This document shows, in pieces, positions 30,169-39,421 of a stretch of 64,000 nt of DNA. The translations under genes and the position numbers were made by a program. The stretch lies in NCBI GenBank assembly GCA_035703635.1, contig DASSXV010000074.1, positions 1-64,000 on the forward strand, read 5' to 3'. Origin of the DNA: Trueperaceae bacterium (GTDB taxonomy: Bacteria > Deinococcota > Deinococci > Deinococcales > Trueperaceae). Positions within the stretch are counted from its first letter, which is position 1; each line of letters opens with the position of its first letter. Under the pieces are notes generated by a model. That model was not told the origin of the DNA. It worked only from the letters and a program-made list of their open reading frames with translations, and did no database searches.

Positions 30169-30803
30169 ACGCGGGTGGGGTTTACGTGGCCGTGGCAGGC
30201 AACATCGGCGCGGGAAAGTCGAGCCTCACGCGGGTGTTGTCGCAGCGCTACCACTTGGCGCCCGTTTACGAGGCGGTGGACGAGAACCCGTACCTCGAGG
30301 ACTTCTACGCCGACATGCCGCGGTACGCCTTTCACTCGCAAGTCTTCTTCCTGGCGGCGCGCCTCAAGCAGCACCTGCGCGAGGTCAACCCTGGCAGGCG
30401 CGTCATCCAGGACCGCACCGTTTACGAGGATGCCGCCATCTTCGCGCGGCTCCTCCACGACGACGGCGTGATGGACGACCGCGACCACACTTCTTACCGC
30501 ACCCTCTACTACGCGGTGCTGGCGGCGTTACGGCCGCCCGACTTGCTCATCTACTTGCGCGCAGACCTCGGCACGCTCAAGCGCCACATCGCGCAGCGCG
30601 GCAGGCATTACGAGGCGAACATCGACGACGGCTACCTGCAACGCCTCAACGACCTGTACGAGGGCTGGATCGAGGACTACACGCTCTCGCCGGTAGTGGT
30701 CGTGCCTGGCGACGACCTCGATTTCGTGAACGACCAAGCGGACCTGCGCAAGGTCCTCGACTTGCTCGAGCGCCATGGACTGACGGCGCCCGTCGTCGGT
30801 TAG
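30165..30803 (+). CDS. Deoxynucleoside kinase
   Basis: AGNIGAGKSS, ENPYL, DRTVYED and PDLLIYL motifs. Confidence 0.92.
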   Translation: MNAGGVYVAVAGNIGAGKSSLTRVLSQRYHLAPVYEAVDENPYLEDFYADMPRYAFHSQVFFLAARLKQHLREVNPGRRVIQDRTVYEDAAIFARLLHDDGVMDDRDHTSYRTLYYAVLAALRPPDLLIYLRADLGTLKRHIAQRGRHYEANIDDGYLQRLNDLYEGWIEDYTLSPVVVVPGDDLDFVNDQADLRKVLDLLERHGLTAPVVG

Positions 30804-30813
30804 TTGGGCTTTT

Positions 30814-32358
30814 ATGAGCCGCGAAGCCGAGGAGCTTGCCAAGGACGCCAGCGGACCCGGGCCGCTCGCATTGGGTGAGTTGCTCGCCACGGCGCGGTCC
30901 CTCGCTCCTGAGTTGTTCCCGGTGAACACGGCGGAAAGTGACACCAGACAGACCAGTCAATACACCACGCGTGTTACCGGCGTTGCCCAAGACCACCAGC
31001 GAGTAAAGCCAGGCGACCTGTTCGTGGCGCGCCGTGGCGCCAAGTTCGACGCCCACGCTTTCCTGGGCGCCGCGGTTGCCGCCGGCGCAGTAGCCCTGAT
31101 CGGGGAGACGCCCCAAACCGCCGACCTTGGCGCCCCGTACTTGACGGTGCCCGACGCTCGGCGCGCCCTGCCGTTCCTAGCCGCCGCGTTCGAACGGCAA
31201 CCGTCAAGCAAGCTGCGCGTGCTTGGCGTTACCGGGACGGACGGCAAGACCACGACGAGCTACCTCCTCCAGTGGCTGCTCCTCGGTAACCACCAAGCTG
31301 CCCTTCTCAGCACGGCTGGCATGGCCATCGGCACTACTCCGCTCGCTCCACTCGCCGGGCACTTCACGACCCCTGAGGCGAGCGAGGTGCAGGCGCTACT
31401 TGGCCGCTTCCTGCGCGCTGGCGCCAGCCACGTGGTGCTGGAATCCAGCTCGCACGGCTTCTCATTGCACCGGCTCGACGCGGTCGAGTACGCGGTCGGC
31501 GTGTTCACGAACCTTACGCCCGAGCACCTCGACCACCACGGCAACATGGCCGAGTACCGCGAAGCGAAGGCCACGCTCTTGCGACGCGCGGCGCGCGGCG
31601 TCGTCAACCTCGACGACGAGCACGCCAGCTACTTCCTGGCTGCCAGCCACGAGCCAGTCACTTACGGCGCGGCCGCAGGCGCGGACGTTCGGGTAGGGAA
31701 CGTCATGCAAACGCCAGGCGGGCTGGTGTTCGACCTGCGCGCGTTCGATGAGGCGTTCACCGTGAACCTGCCGCTGGTCGGCGCCTTCAACGCCTGGAAC
31801 GCGGCTGCCGCCGTTGCCGCCGCTGGCCTCGAGGGCGTGCCCGCTGGCGTCGCGGCCCTGCGTCTCGCCAGCTTCCCGGGCGTGCCCGGCCGCATGCAGC
31901 TCATCCAGGCGGAGCCGGTGACCGTCATCGTCGACTTCGCGCACACCGCCCCTGCCCTCACCAAGGCGTTGAGCGCCGTGCGGCGTGAGGGCGCCCGCAC
32001 CATCGTGGTCGTTGGCGCAGCAGGCGAGCGCGACCCAGGCAAACGCGCGCCGCTCGGCCACGCCGCCGTAACGGGCGCAGAGCTGGCCGTGTTCACCGAG
32101 GAGGACTCGCGTTCGGAGAGCACGGAGGAGATCTTGGCGCAGATGGCGCAGGGCGCCGCCGCCGCCGGAGCCCGCGAGGGCGCCGATTACCTGCTCGAGC
32201 CGGATCGTTCGGCGGCCATTCGGTTGGCGTTGCGGCACGCGCGGCCAGGCGATGTGGTGCTGCTGGCCGGCAAGGGTCACGAGCGCACCCTTGAACGGGC
32301 CACGGAGACGCTCCCGTGGGACGAGGCCGCCGAGGCGCGCGCTGCGCTCGCCGAGTAG
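30814..32358 (+). CDS. murE: UDP-MurNAc-tripeptide synthetase MurE
   Basis: GVTGTDGKTT, TTPE, ESSSH, DFAHT and AGKGHE motifs. Confidence 0.93.
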   Translation: MSREAEELAKDASGPGPLALGELLATARSLAPELFPVNTAESDTRQTSQYTTRVTGVAQDHQRVKPGDLFVARRGAKFDAHAFLGAAVAAGAVALIGETPQTADLGAPYLTVPDARRALPFLAAAFERQPSSKLRVLGVTGTDGKTTTSYLLQWLLLGNHQAALLSTAGMAIGTTPLAPLAGHFTTPEASEVQALLGRFLRAGASHVVLESSSHGFSLHRLDAVEYAVGVFTNLTPEHLDHHGNMAEYREAKATLLRRAARGVVNLDDEHASYFLAASHEPVTYGAAAGADVRVGNVMQTPGGLVFDLRAFDEAFTVNLPLVGAFNAWNAAAAVAAAGLEGVPAGVAALRLASFPGVPGRMQLIQAEPVTVIVDFAHTAPALTKALSAVRREGARTIVVVGAAGERDPGKRAPLGHAAVTGAELAVFTEEDSRSESTEEILAQMAQGAAAAGAREGADYLLEPDRSAAIRLALRHARPGDVVLLAGKGHERTLERATETLPWDEAAEARAALAE

Positions 32359-32400
32359 GTTCTGCCGCATGCAGCGGCGACATTCGCTAGAGTTGAACGC

Positions 32401-32442
32401 ATGACCGTTCGCCGCGCACCTTGCCTACCGAGCCTCACATGA
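32401..32442 (+). CDS. Possible leaderless 13-aa uORF ([13 protein letters not shown]) coupled to pdp
   Basis: TAGAGT -10-like hexamer 7 nt before ATG 32401; its stop overlaps the pdp ATG (ATGA). Confidence 0.35.
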   Translation: MTVRRAPCLPSLT

Positions 32443-33731
32443 CCAGCCCGTTGCAGTTGATCCTCGCCAAGCGCGCAGGCGGCGAGCATTCGGCAGCGGA
32501 GCTCAAGGAGTTCCTCGACGGTTACGTGGCTGGCGCCGTGCCGGATTACCAGGTGGCGGCGTGGTTGATGGCAGTCTGCTGGCGCGGCATGACGCAGCAG
32601 GAGACGGCGGACCTCACGCAGGCCATGGCTCACTCGGGTGACGTGCTCGACCTAGCCGACCTGCCTAACACGGTGGATAAGCACTCCACCGGCGGCGTTG
32701 GCGACAAGACGACGCTCGTCCTCGCGCCCCTACTGGCCGCCATGGGTGGCACGGTGGCCAAGATGAGCGGGCGCGGCCTTGGGCACACGGGCGGCACGGT
32801 AGACAAGCTCGAGAGCATTCCCGGCTTCCGCGCCTCACTCAGCGACGAGGAGTTCCTGGCGGTCGCGCACGGCGTTGGCGTGGTGGTTACGGGTCAATCG
32901 AAGGACCTAGCGCCAGCGGACGGGCTTCTCTACGCGCTGCGCGACGCCACGGGCACGGTCGAGTCCCTCCCCCTGATCGCCAGCAGCGTGATGAGCAAGA
33001 AGCTCGCTGGCGGGGCCAAGTCGATCGTGCTCGACGTGAAGGTCGGCAGTGGCGCCTTCATGAAGACAGTGGCGGACGCGCGCGCGCTGGCGGAAGCCAT
33101 GGTTAGCATCGGTCGCCTCAACGGGCGCAACGTGCACGCCGTGCTCTCCAGCATGGCTCAGCCGCTCGGGCACATGGTCGGCAACGCCATGGAGGTCACG
33201 GAGGCCATCGGCTGCCTGCGCGGTGAGGGGCCAGCTGACCTGCTCGAGCTCTGCCTCGTTCTCGCCCAGGAAGTGCTCGAGGCTGCCGGTTTGCCTGCCG
33301 GCCGTGAGGAGCTGCTCGCCGCCATCGGCAGTGGCCGCGCCATGGAGCGTTTCGAGGCTTGGATCGGTGCTCAGGGCGGCGATCTGCGCAGCCTCGACCA
33401 CCTGGAGAGGGCGTCAGACCAGTGGCTGCTGCGCGCGCCGCGCTCCGGGACCGTTGCCGTTGTAGACGCCCTCGCCGTTGGTCGCGCCGCTGGCCTGCTC
33501 GGTGGCGGCCGCAGCCGCAAAGGCGACGCAATAGATGTTGGTGTCGGCGTCGAACTCCACGCCAAGGTGGGCGACGAGGTCGCCGCTGGCGAAGTCCTCG
33601 CCACGTTGTGGCACCGAGGCGGCCGGGGTCTAGGCGCGGCGCAGGAGCAAGTGACCAGCGCTTACGGAATTGCCAACGCGGCCGAGCCGGAGCCCCTCAT
33701 CGTCTTGCGGGGGATCGGCGCGACCGCCTGA
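32439..33731 (+). CDS. pdp: Pyrimidine-nucleoside (thymidine) phosphorylase
   Basis: [24 protein letters not shown] and [10 protein letters not shown] motifs. Confidence 0.95.
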   Translation: MTSPLQLILAKRAGGEHSAAELKEFLDGYVAGAVPDYQVAAWLMAVCWRGMTQQETADLTQAMAHSGDVLDLADLPNTVDKHSTGGVGDKTTLVLAPLLAAMGGTVAKMSGRGLGHTGGTVDKLESIPGFRASLSDEEFLAVAHGVGVVVTGQSKDLAPADGLLYALRDATGTVESLPLIASSVMSKKLAGGAKSIVLDVKVGSGAFMKTVADARALAEAMVSIGRLNGRNVHAVLSSMAQPLGHMVGNAMEVTEAIGCLRGEGPADLLELCLVLAQEVLEAAGLPAGREELLAAIGSGRAMERFEAWIGAQGGDLRSLDHLERASDQWLLRAPRSGTVAVVDALAVGRAAGLLGGGRSRKGDAIDVGVGVELHAKVGDEVAAGEVLATLWHRGGRGLGAAQEQVTSAYGIANAAEPEPLIVLRGIGATA

Positions 33732-33755
33732 AGGCAACCACGCCGACTCAGGAAC

Positions 33756-33806
33756 TGAGCAGTTCGTGCAGTGCTCATTGACAGGCGACCCGCGGTCTGC
33801 TAACTT
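33756..33806 (+). promoter_or_regulatory. Sigma70-type promoter with an adjacent palindromic operator
   Basis: TGAGCA-N10-TGCTCA (33756-33777) abuts TTGACA-N17-TAACTT (33778-33806). Confidence 0.7.
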
Positions 33807-33874
33807 CCTGTGCGGAAGCCAAGGCTTCCCTACCCCGAGTCCTTGAGTTCGGGGTTGTGAGGAGGTGAGCGACA

Positions 33875-33949
33875 TTGAGTAACCGTCTTCTAGGGTCCTG
33901 CTGTGGGGCGGCGCCTGTCGCCTGCTACCTCGCTGCGCACCGCGCTTAA
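33875..33949 (+). CDS. Putative 24-aa microprotein/leader peptide MSNRLLGSCCGAAPVACYLAAHRA
   Basis: GAGGAGGTGA SD, TTG start 8 nt after GGAGGT, directly downstream of the promoter. Confidence 0.5.
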   Translation: MSNRLLGSCCGAAPVACYLAAHRA

Positions 33950-34100
33950 GCACCGGTGCCCGCCTGAAGCCAGGCAAGCGCCGCCTCGCGGCCGACCCCA
34001 TACCAAACTGCAACTAAACCCGCTTGGCACGTGAGTTCCGCTCACTGCGCTCGGGGCTGGCGCAACCGCCACTGCCCTGGCGCCAGCATAAGGAGCCGAC

Positions 34101-34160
34101 ATGGTCATGAGTCACGGCACTAACCACAGCGAGAACCTAGGTCACGGGCGAACAAGCTGA
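34101..34160 (+). CDS. Putative 19-aa microprotein MVMSHGTNHSENLGHGRTS
   Basis: AAGGAG SD 5 nt before ATG. Confidence 0.35.
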   Translation: MVMSHGTNHSENLGHGRTS

Positions 34161-34220
34161 CCAACGCGAGAACGCGTTCGCCCGAGCACACTGCACACAG
34201 CCCTCTGGAGGGCAAACAGA

Positions 34221-34439
34221 ATGTTCGAGCAGCAATCCACTATCCGAGCAGCACAGGGACGCGTAACCGACCTACGCCACCGCGCCCAACATCACGCGGT
34301 CGTCAAGGCGATCCTCACGGAACGCCGCCAACGCCTCAAAGAAGCAGCGCTACTGGCACTACGCTCAGACCTGGCGGACATGGAAACCCGTGCCGCCACC
34401 GCCTGGCACCTCCTGATCGGCCACGTGCGCGATGCCTAA
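34221..34439 (+). CDS. Small hypothetical helical protein (72 aa)
   Basis: GGAGG SD; followed by a strong hairpin. Confidence 0.7.
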   Translation: MFEQQSTIRAAQGRVTDLRHRAQHHAVVKAILTERRQRLKEAALLALRSDLADMETRAATAWHLLIGHVRDA

Positions 34440-34449
34440 ACGCCAAGCC

Positions 34450-34490
34450 CCGGCCCTGCACCAGGCACGCTCCTGGTGCGGGGCCGGTTA
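34450..34490 (+). terminator. GC-rich hairpin, probable terminator
   Basis: Inverted repeat CCGGCCCTGCACCAGG...CCTGGTGCGGGGCCGG followed by TTAT. Confidence 0.6.
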
Positions 34491-34524
34491 TCGTCGGCAA
34501 CAACTCAACGCCAGGAGGACGTAG

Positions 34525-34944
34525 TTGCCACGCCTAGCGCCGACAGACATCGCCGTCACCGAGTACATAAACAGTGTCGAGAACCTTGGCCGCCGAGAAG
34601 ACGCCATCACGTTGCTCGAGTTGTTCGAGCGCATCACGGGCTTTGAGGCGCGCATGTGGGGTCCGAGCATCATCGGGTTCGGGAGTTACCACTACCGTTA
34701 CGCCAGCGGACACGAGGGTGATGCCCCACTCGCGGCCTTCGCGCCGCGCAAGGCCAACATGGTCGTTTACCTGACGCCCGGCTTGGCGGAAAGCGCCTCG
34801 CAGCTGGCGTCTTTGGGCAAACACAGGGCAAGCAAGGGCTGCCTTTACCTTGGGCGTCTCTCCTCCATCGACCTTGACGTGCTGGCCGACTTGGTCGTTA
34901 CCTCCAAAGAGTTCGCTCTCGAGCAGTACCCCAATGGCGCGTAA
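34525..34944 (+). CDS. DUF1801 (YdhG-like) domain protein
   Basis: MWGPSIIGFGSYHYRYASG, FAPRK and LGKHRASKGCLY motifs. Confidence 0.85.
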   Translation: MPRLAPTDIAVTEYINSVENLGRREDAITLLELFERITGFEARMWGPSIIGFGSYHYRYASGHEGDAPLAAFAPRKANMVVYLTPGLAESASQLASLGKHRASKGCLYLGRLSSIDLDVLADLVVTSKEFALEQYPNGA

Positions 34945-35542
34945 GCCGCCCGCACGGTCCTTCGCGGACGCGCCGCGGCACGAGGGCGCCCGCTTCGAGG
35001 GCGTGCAGCAAGGCGAGCTCGACCTCGAGGGCGCCATCGTCTCCGGCTGCGAGTTCGTGCGTTGCGACCTCACCGAGGCGTCGTTCAAGGGCACGCAGTT
35101 CACCGACTGCAAGTTCGACGGCTGCGAGTTGGGGCTCATCGACCTAGAGGGCGCCGTACTGAGCAACCTGACCTTCGACACGTGCCGCTTGACTGGCGTG
35201 CGCTTCGAGCTGATAAGTCAACTACCGCTCCTGCCAGAGGTGCGCTTCAGCGGCTGCGACCTCAGTTTCTGCTCGTTCCGCGGGCTGGACCTAAAGCTGT
35301 GCACGGTGATCGGCAGCAGGTTGTGGGAGTCGGAGTTCGTTGGCTGCGACCTAACAGGCGTCGATTTCAGCGGCAGCGACCTCGCGCGCTGCAGCTTCAA
35401 CAAGAACGACCTGGCGGGGGCCGACCTGCGCAGCGCCCGCAATTACATCTTCTCTCCCGTTTCGAACAACGTGCGTGGCCTACGCGTTGCGCTGCCTGAG
35501 GCCGTAGGCCTGCTTCACGCGTTGGCAGTGGAGCTGGAGTGA
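34934..35542 (+). CDS. Pentapeptide repeat protein (MfpA/Qnr-like fold)
   Basis: Repeating [A/C]-[D/S/E]-[L/F]-x-x units. Confidence 0.88.
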   Translation: MARKPPARSFADAPRHEGARFEGVQQGELDLEGAIVSGCEFVRCDLTEASFKGTQFTDCKFDGCELGLIDLEGAVLSNLTFDTCRLTGVRFELISQLPLLPEVRFSGCDLSFCSFRGLDLKLCTVIGSRLWESEFVGCDLTGVDFSGSDLARCSFNKNDLAGADLRSARNYIFSPVSNNVRGLRVALPEAVGLLHALAVELE

Positions 35543-36072
35543 AGGCGGCTGAGCCGGTCCGATTCGCCATCGGTACGAGCGCGCTCGGCAGCCTGCTCGT
35601 GGCCACGACAGCGAAGGGTGTGTGCGCCGTTGGCCTGGCCGACGACGAGCACCAACTGGTCGAGCAGTTGAAGCGCGATTTCCCAGCGGCGACGCCTGCC
35701 GGCGCGATGCCCGAGCTGACCGCCGTGCTCAAGCTCCTGGAGCACCCCGAGGCCCAACCGGACTTGACGCTCGACCTGCACGGCACCGAGTTCCAACGGC
35801 AGGTCTGGCGGGCGCTGATGGAGGTGCCTCCCGGGGCAACCGTCAGCTATTCGGAGCTGGCCGAGCGAGTGGCGGGGCCAACGGCGGTGAGGGCCGTTGC
35901 TGCTGCTTGCGGCGCGAACCCGGTAGCGGTGCTGGTGCCGTGCCACCGCGCCGTAGCCAAGGACGGCGCGTTGACGGGCTACCGCTGGGGAGTCGACCGC
36001 AAACGCGCCTTGCTGGAGCGCGAGCGGCTTGCCACGGGCGGCGATGTGCAGGCTACGTTGCCGGGCTTCTAG
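35539..36072 (+). CDS. ogt: Methylated-DNA--protein-cysteine methyltransferase
   Basis: GTEFQRQVW, RAVAAACGANP, active-site PCHR and GYRWG motifs. Confidence 0.9.
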   Translation: MKAAEPVRFAIGTSALGSLLVATTAKGVCAVGLADDEHQLVEQLKRDFPAATPAGAMPELTAVLKLLEHPEAQPDLTLDLHGTEFQRQVWRALMEVPPGATVSYSELAERVAGPTAVRAVAAACGANPVAVLVPCHRAVAKDGALTGYRWGVDRKRALLERERLATGGDVQATLPGF

Positions 36073-36120
36073 CCCGCTAGCGTCACGCGTAATGGAGCGA
36101 CCAGGCGATACGCTGCCACG

Positions 36121-37245
36121 GTGCGTCATCTAGCCTTCGTCCCAGCCTCCACACGCCGCTTACTTAGCAACGACCCCGGCAGCACCTTCCGCAGGCGGCA
36201 ACGCGCGAAGCCGCAGCACGAAGACGGCAGCGTGCTAGCCCACGCCCGGAGCCTCGTATTGCAGTATGGGTGGAACTCCACTGCCCACCAGGCGCTTGAC
36301 GTGCGGTTGCGGCATTGGTTCAGCGCGGCTGGCGACGCCATGGTGGCGTACACCACCTTCGCTGGCGTGAGGGTCGTGGCGGGCGCCCCGGTAGCGGCAC
36401 CTGAGCGCCTGGCGGCGGTGGCGGCCGAGTTCGAGTCCAACGCCAGCGCCGCTGGCCAAGTGGTCTGCTACTTCGCGGCAGAGGAGCGCTTGCGCAGCGC
36501 TGGTGGGTACGGCGCGCACATCATCGGGGCGCAGCCGACGTGGACGCCGGCGTCGTGGGCAGCGCGCTTCGACGGCAGCGCTTCCCTGCGGGCGCAACGC
36601 AACCGCGCAGCCAACAAGGGCGTAAGTGTTCGCGAGTCGCCGAGCGCAGATGAGTTGGGCGCCGACATAGCAAGCTGCTTCGGGGCGTGGCGCAAGAGCA
36701 AGCGCTTGCCGCCACTCGGGTTCCTGGCTCAGACCGGTCCACAGGCGCTATGTAGCGAGGCGCAGTACGACAAGCGCCTGTTCGTCGCCCGCCTGGGCTT
36801 GGCGGCGCCTGAGCAGAAGGTGGTCGGCTACCTAACCGCTTCGCCGATCGCGGAGCGCCAGGGGTGGCTGATCGATAAGGTCGTGCGCAGCCCCCACGCG
36901 CCGAACGGCACCACTGAGTTGTTGTTGGACGTGGCCGTTAGGGAGTTGGGGGCGACCGCCACGCACATCACCCTCGGCCTCGCGCCGCTCGCGGCTGGCA
37001 ATGCCGGCGTTCGGAAGGCCGAGCTCGAACCGGCGTGGCTACGCACCGCCGAGTGGGTGGCACGCACATGGTGCGGCGCCTTCTACGACTTCAGGGGGCT
37101 TTACGAGTTCAAGCGCAAGTTCCAACCCGACATGTGGGAGCCCGTCTACCTGCTGGCTCCCCAGCGCCGGGTTGGGTTCAGGGACTGCGTGGCGGTTGCC
37201 GCGGCGTTCTTGCCAGCAGGAACCTTTAGCTACCAAGCGAGATAG
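36121..37245 (+). CDS. DUF2156 / MprF C-terminal (aminoacyl transferase) domain protein without a membrane domain
   Basis: VAGAPV, APNGTTELL, LGLAPLA and FYDFRGLYEFKRKFQPDMWEPVYL motifs. Confidence 0.8.
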   Translation: MRHLAFVPASTRRLLSNDPGSTFRRRQRAKPQHEDGSVLAHARSLVLQYGWNSTAHQALDVRLRHWFSAAGDAMVAYTTFAGVRVVAGAPVAAPERLAAVAAEFESNASAAGQVVCYFAAEERLRSAGGYGAHIIGAQPTWTPASWAARFDGSASLRAQRNRAANKGVSVRESPSADELGADIASCFGAWRKSKRLPPLGFLAQTGPQALCSEAQYDKRLFVARLGLAAPEQKVVGYLTASPIAERQGWLIDKVVRSPHAPNGTTELLLDVAVRELGATATHITLGLAPLAAGNAGVRKAELEPAWLRTAEWVARTWCGAFYDFRGLYEFKRKFQPDMWEPVYLLAPQRRVGFRDCVAVAAAFLPAGTFSYQAR

Positions 37246-37356
37246 GCTACGCAGTCAATGTGAGAGCGTCTCATGCACCTCGGTGCAGAATGAGAGTCAG
37301 CACTAACTGGTGACCGAGTTCCAACCGGAGCGGGCCAGCAGCAACGAAGGGACGAG

Positions 37357-37800
37357 ATGACCACAATGAGACTTCCCCGCAGATTGATCCTGATTACGGC
37401 AGTAGTTGCCATGACGCTCGCAGCCTGCGTGCCCGGAGCGGTGCCTGGGCTTAGGTTCATTGACGGCCAGACGTGGAGCGCCCGGTTCGACGTCGAGGTT
37501 CGCCCCGCTGGCCTGGCGACGATCCGGCTGCCAGTTGACCTCGCATTGACCTTCAGCCAACAACTCAACCAAGTGACCGCCAACGCCACCCTGCAGTACG
37601 ACGCCGGCATCTTCCGCCTGCAAAGCCCCAGCATCATCGAACTCAACGGCCGCCTTGGCCTGGACGATCACCTGAACCTAGAGAGCAGCTCCAACGTCCT
37701 GACGTTCGAAGGCAACTTCGTGGGCGACAAGCTGGTGGGAACCGTAGCCATTGCGGGCGTGGTGCCCGTGAGCAACGTGACGTTCACGCGGGCTCGGTGA
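37357..37800 (+). CDS. Hypothetical beta-rich lipoprotein
   Basis: LAAC lipobox; host-like codon usage. Confidence 0.75.
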   Translation: MTTMRLPRRLILITAVVAMTLAACVPGAVPGLRFIDGQTWSARFDVEVRPAGLATIRLPVDLALTFSQQLNQVTANATLQYDAGIFRLQSPSIIELNGRLGLDDHLNLESSSNVLTFEGNFVGDKLVGTVAIAGVVPVSNVTFTRAR

Positions 37801-37825
37801 GTTAAGCACCGACGACAAGTGAGTT

Positions 37826-37856
37826 GTGGGCCAACGACTCTAGAGCGTTGGCCCAC
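37826..37856. terminator. Hairpin after the lipoprotein gene
   Basis: GTGGGCCAACG-N9-CGTTGGCCCAC perfect 11-bp stem. Confidence 0.55.
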
Positions 37857-38289
37857 GATGGGCTCGGCTAGGTTTCCTAGGCTTGGTCTGCGCTTAGCTG
37901 CGGTGATTGGCGTGAGAGTCGGGTGTTTGGGCATCTGGCGACTGGCGGGATGAGAGGCCGTGTTCCTTGGAGGATGTTTCTGCACGTTACTGACGGAGCA
38001 ATCGCCAATAGTCGGCTCGTCCGGTCACCTTCCGTTCGTTCTCTAGACACTTACCCAGATTAGGTCCCGCCGAAGCGCGGGAGCCGGACTCAATCTCAAA
38101 GGTTTGTGTTTGGCTCAAGTAGAAATGGCTTCCGATAGCGCTTGACCAGGGGATGGCCATGTCAATCGGCGAATGCCTAGACTTATTGGTCCAGTCCTCT
38201 GATGCCAGTCAAGTGCTGGCAAAACACGGGTAGCCCGGCATTGAAGTCATCTGCAATCAAGGTGTACGCCTTCCAGATGCTTTCCAAGG

Positions 38290-38309
38290 ATGTAACCCAA
38301 ATGTAACCC
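38290..38309 (+). promoter_or_regulatory. Direct repeat with 11-bp period upstream of the LuxR-type gene
   Basis: ATGTAACCC-AA-ATGTAACCC. Confidence 0.55.
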
Positions 38310-38363
38310 TCCATCCGGCACGATAAAAGCCCCTTGAGGGAATACATTTCGCGGAGGCAAGTC

Positions 38364-38909
38364 ATGAAGCGCCGGATACCATTCGTAAACATAATCGCCG
38401 CCGATGAGTCGTACCACAAGCTGGTGCAACACGCCTTAGATCACATTGAGGCGGAGACATCTGCAATGACCAACCCAAATACTGCCCATCTCCTGCTAGA
38501 TTTTCCGATGACCTGGGCCATTGGGAAGTTGACCGAAATGAACAGCCAGGATCGAGCCAGAACCCTTGTCGTTACGCAAGGCACGCATTCTGCATATATG
38601 GACCTAATGGCAAGTTTCCACGTGAGCGGTGTAGTCGGGCCGAACGACTTACGTGCATTGATAGCTGGAATATACGCTGCCGCTTCGTCACTCAAGACTT
38701 ATCAATGGAGATCTGGACTTACTTACATGGAGTTACGAGTTACGCGACTGATACTTCAGGGACTCGATACTCCTTCGAGCGCCGAGACGCTGCGAATCTC
38801 CCAGAAGACAATAAACGCCCACATTTCCAACATTCTCAGCAAACTCGGGCTAGACTCCCGAACCCAATACATTGCTGCGCTAGTAAGACATCATCCCGAC
38901 CAGTCTTAG
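38364..38909 (+). CDS. LuxR/NarL-family regulator with a degenerate receiver-like N-terminal domain
   Basis: GGAGG SD before ATG 38364; C-terminal LTYMELRV...ISQKTINAHISNILSKLGLDSRTQ HTH. Confidence 0.88.
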   Translation: MKRRIPFVNIIAADESYHKLVQHALDHIEAETSAMTNPNTAHLLLDFPMTWAIGKLTEMNSQDRARTLVVTQGTHSAYMDLMASFHVSGVVGPNDLRALIAGIYAAASSLKTYQWRSGLTYMELRVTRLILQGLDTPSSAETLRISQKTINAHISNILSKLGLDSRTQYIAALVRHHPDQS

Positions 38910-39249
38910 CGCTCCGTGACATTCGAGATGGGGGCAACCAGCGGGCTGCCTCCAACTTCATTCTCATTCGGGATCTGTCGCCGCCTAGAAGGGATGAATC
39001 GCCCGCATCCGGATAGAAGGGTGGACCCATTCCCCCTACTTTGTAAGGCCGGCCTTCACGATTCGAGATACCATTAGGAGTTACAGCGCGGAACTCGAGT
39101 CCGTCAGGTTCAGGTCAGTTCCGGTATTCAAGAGTCAAGAGGCCGCCATCAAAAGCGAGCGTGTTTGGCCTCCGTACTATTGCTCAAGTGGCCGAATCAT
39201 AGTCACACTTGGCCGTGATTACCCGAGGGGGACCTAAGAAGAACGGCCC

Positions 39250-39287
39250 AAAACAAAATCGGCTCGAACCCCGTCGGGTTCGAGCCG
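39250..39287 (-). terminator. Rho-independent terminator of the propeptide gene
   Basis: 12-bp stem CGGCTCGAACCC/GGGTTCGAGCCG followed on the minus strand by ATTTTGTTTT. Confidence 0.85.
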
Positions 39288-39319
39288 TCTAATTCGACAA
39301 TTCAGCCAAATCGGCTGAT

Positions 39320-39421
39320 TTACCGCTGCGAGAAGAGTACACCTGCGGAGCCGATAATTGGCATACTGACAATGATGGCAAAAACTACTGCTGCGAAGAT
39401 GCGCTTACCAGTGTTCTTCAT
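39320..39421 (-). CDS. 33-aa secreted propeptide MKNTGKRIFAAVVFAIIVSMPIIGSAGVLFSQR (candidate signalling peptide precursor)
   Basis: Hand translation; purine-rich GGAAGGATGGGA SD region; n/h/c signal peptide layout; dedicated terminator 32 nt after the stop. Confidence 0.8.
   Translation of the reverse strand: MKNTGKRIFAAVVFAIIVSMPIIGSAGVLFSQR

Noticed and set aside
29563-30803. Tandem deoxynucleoside kinases as a novelty
   Set aside because: Paired dck/dgk-type genes are a common arrangement
37860-38280. Possible additional small ORFs or RNAs upstream of the LuxR-type gene (also 38910-39250)
   Set aside because: No convincing SD-ORF-terminator unit or recognisable structure found by eye; the region remains unexplained
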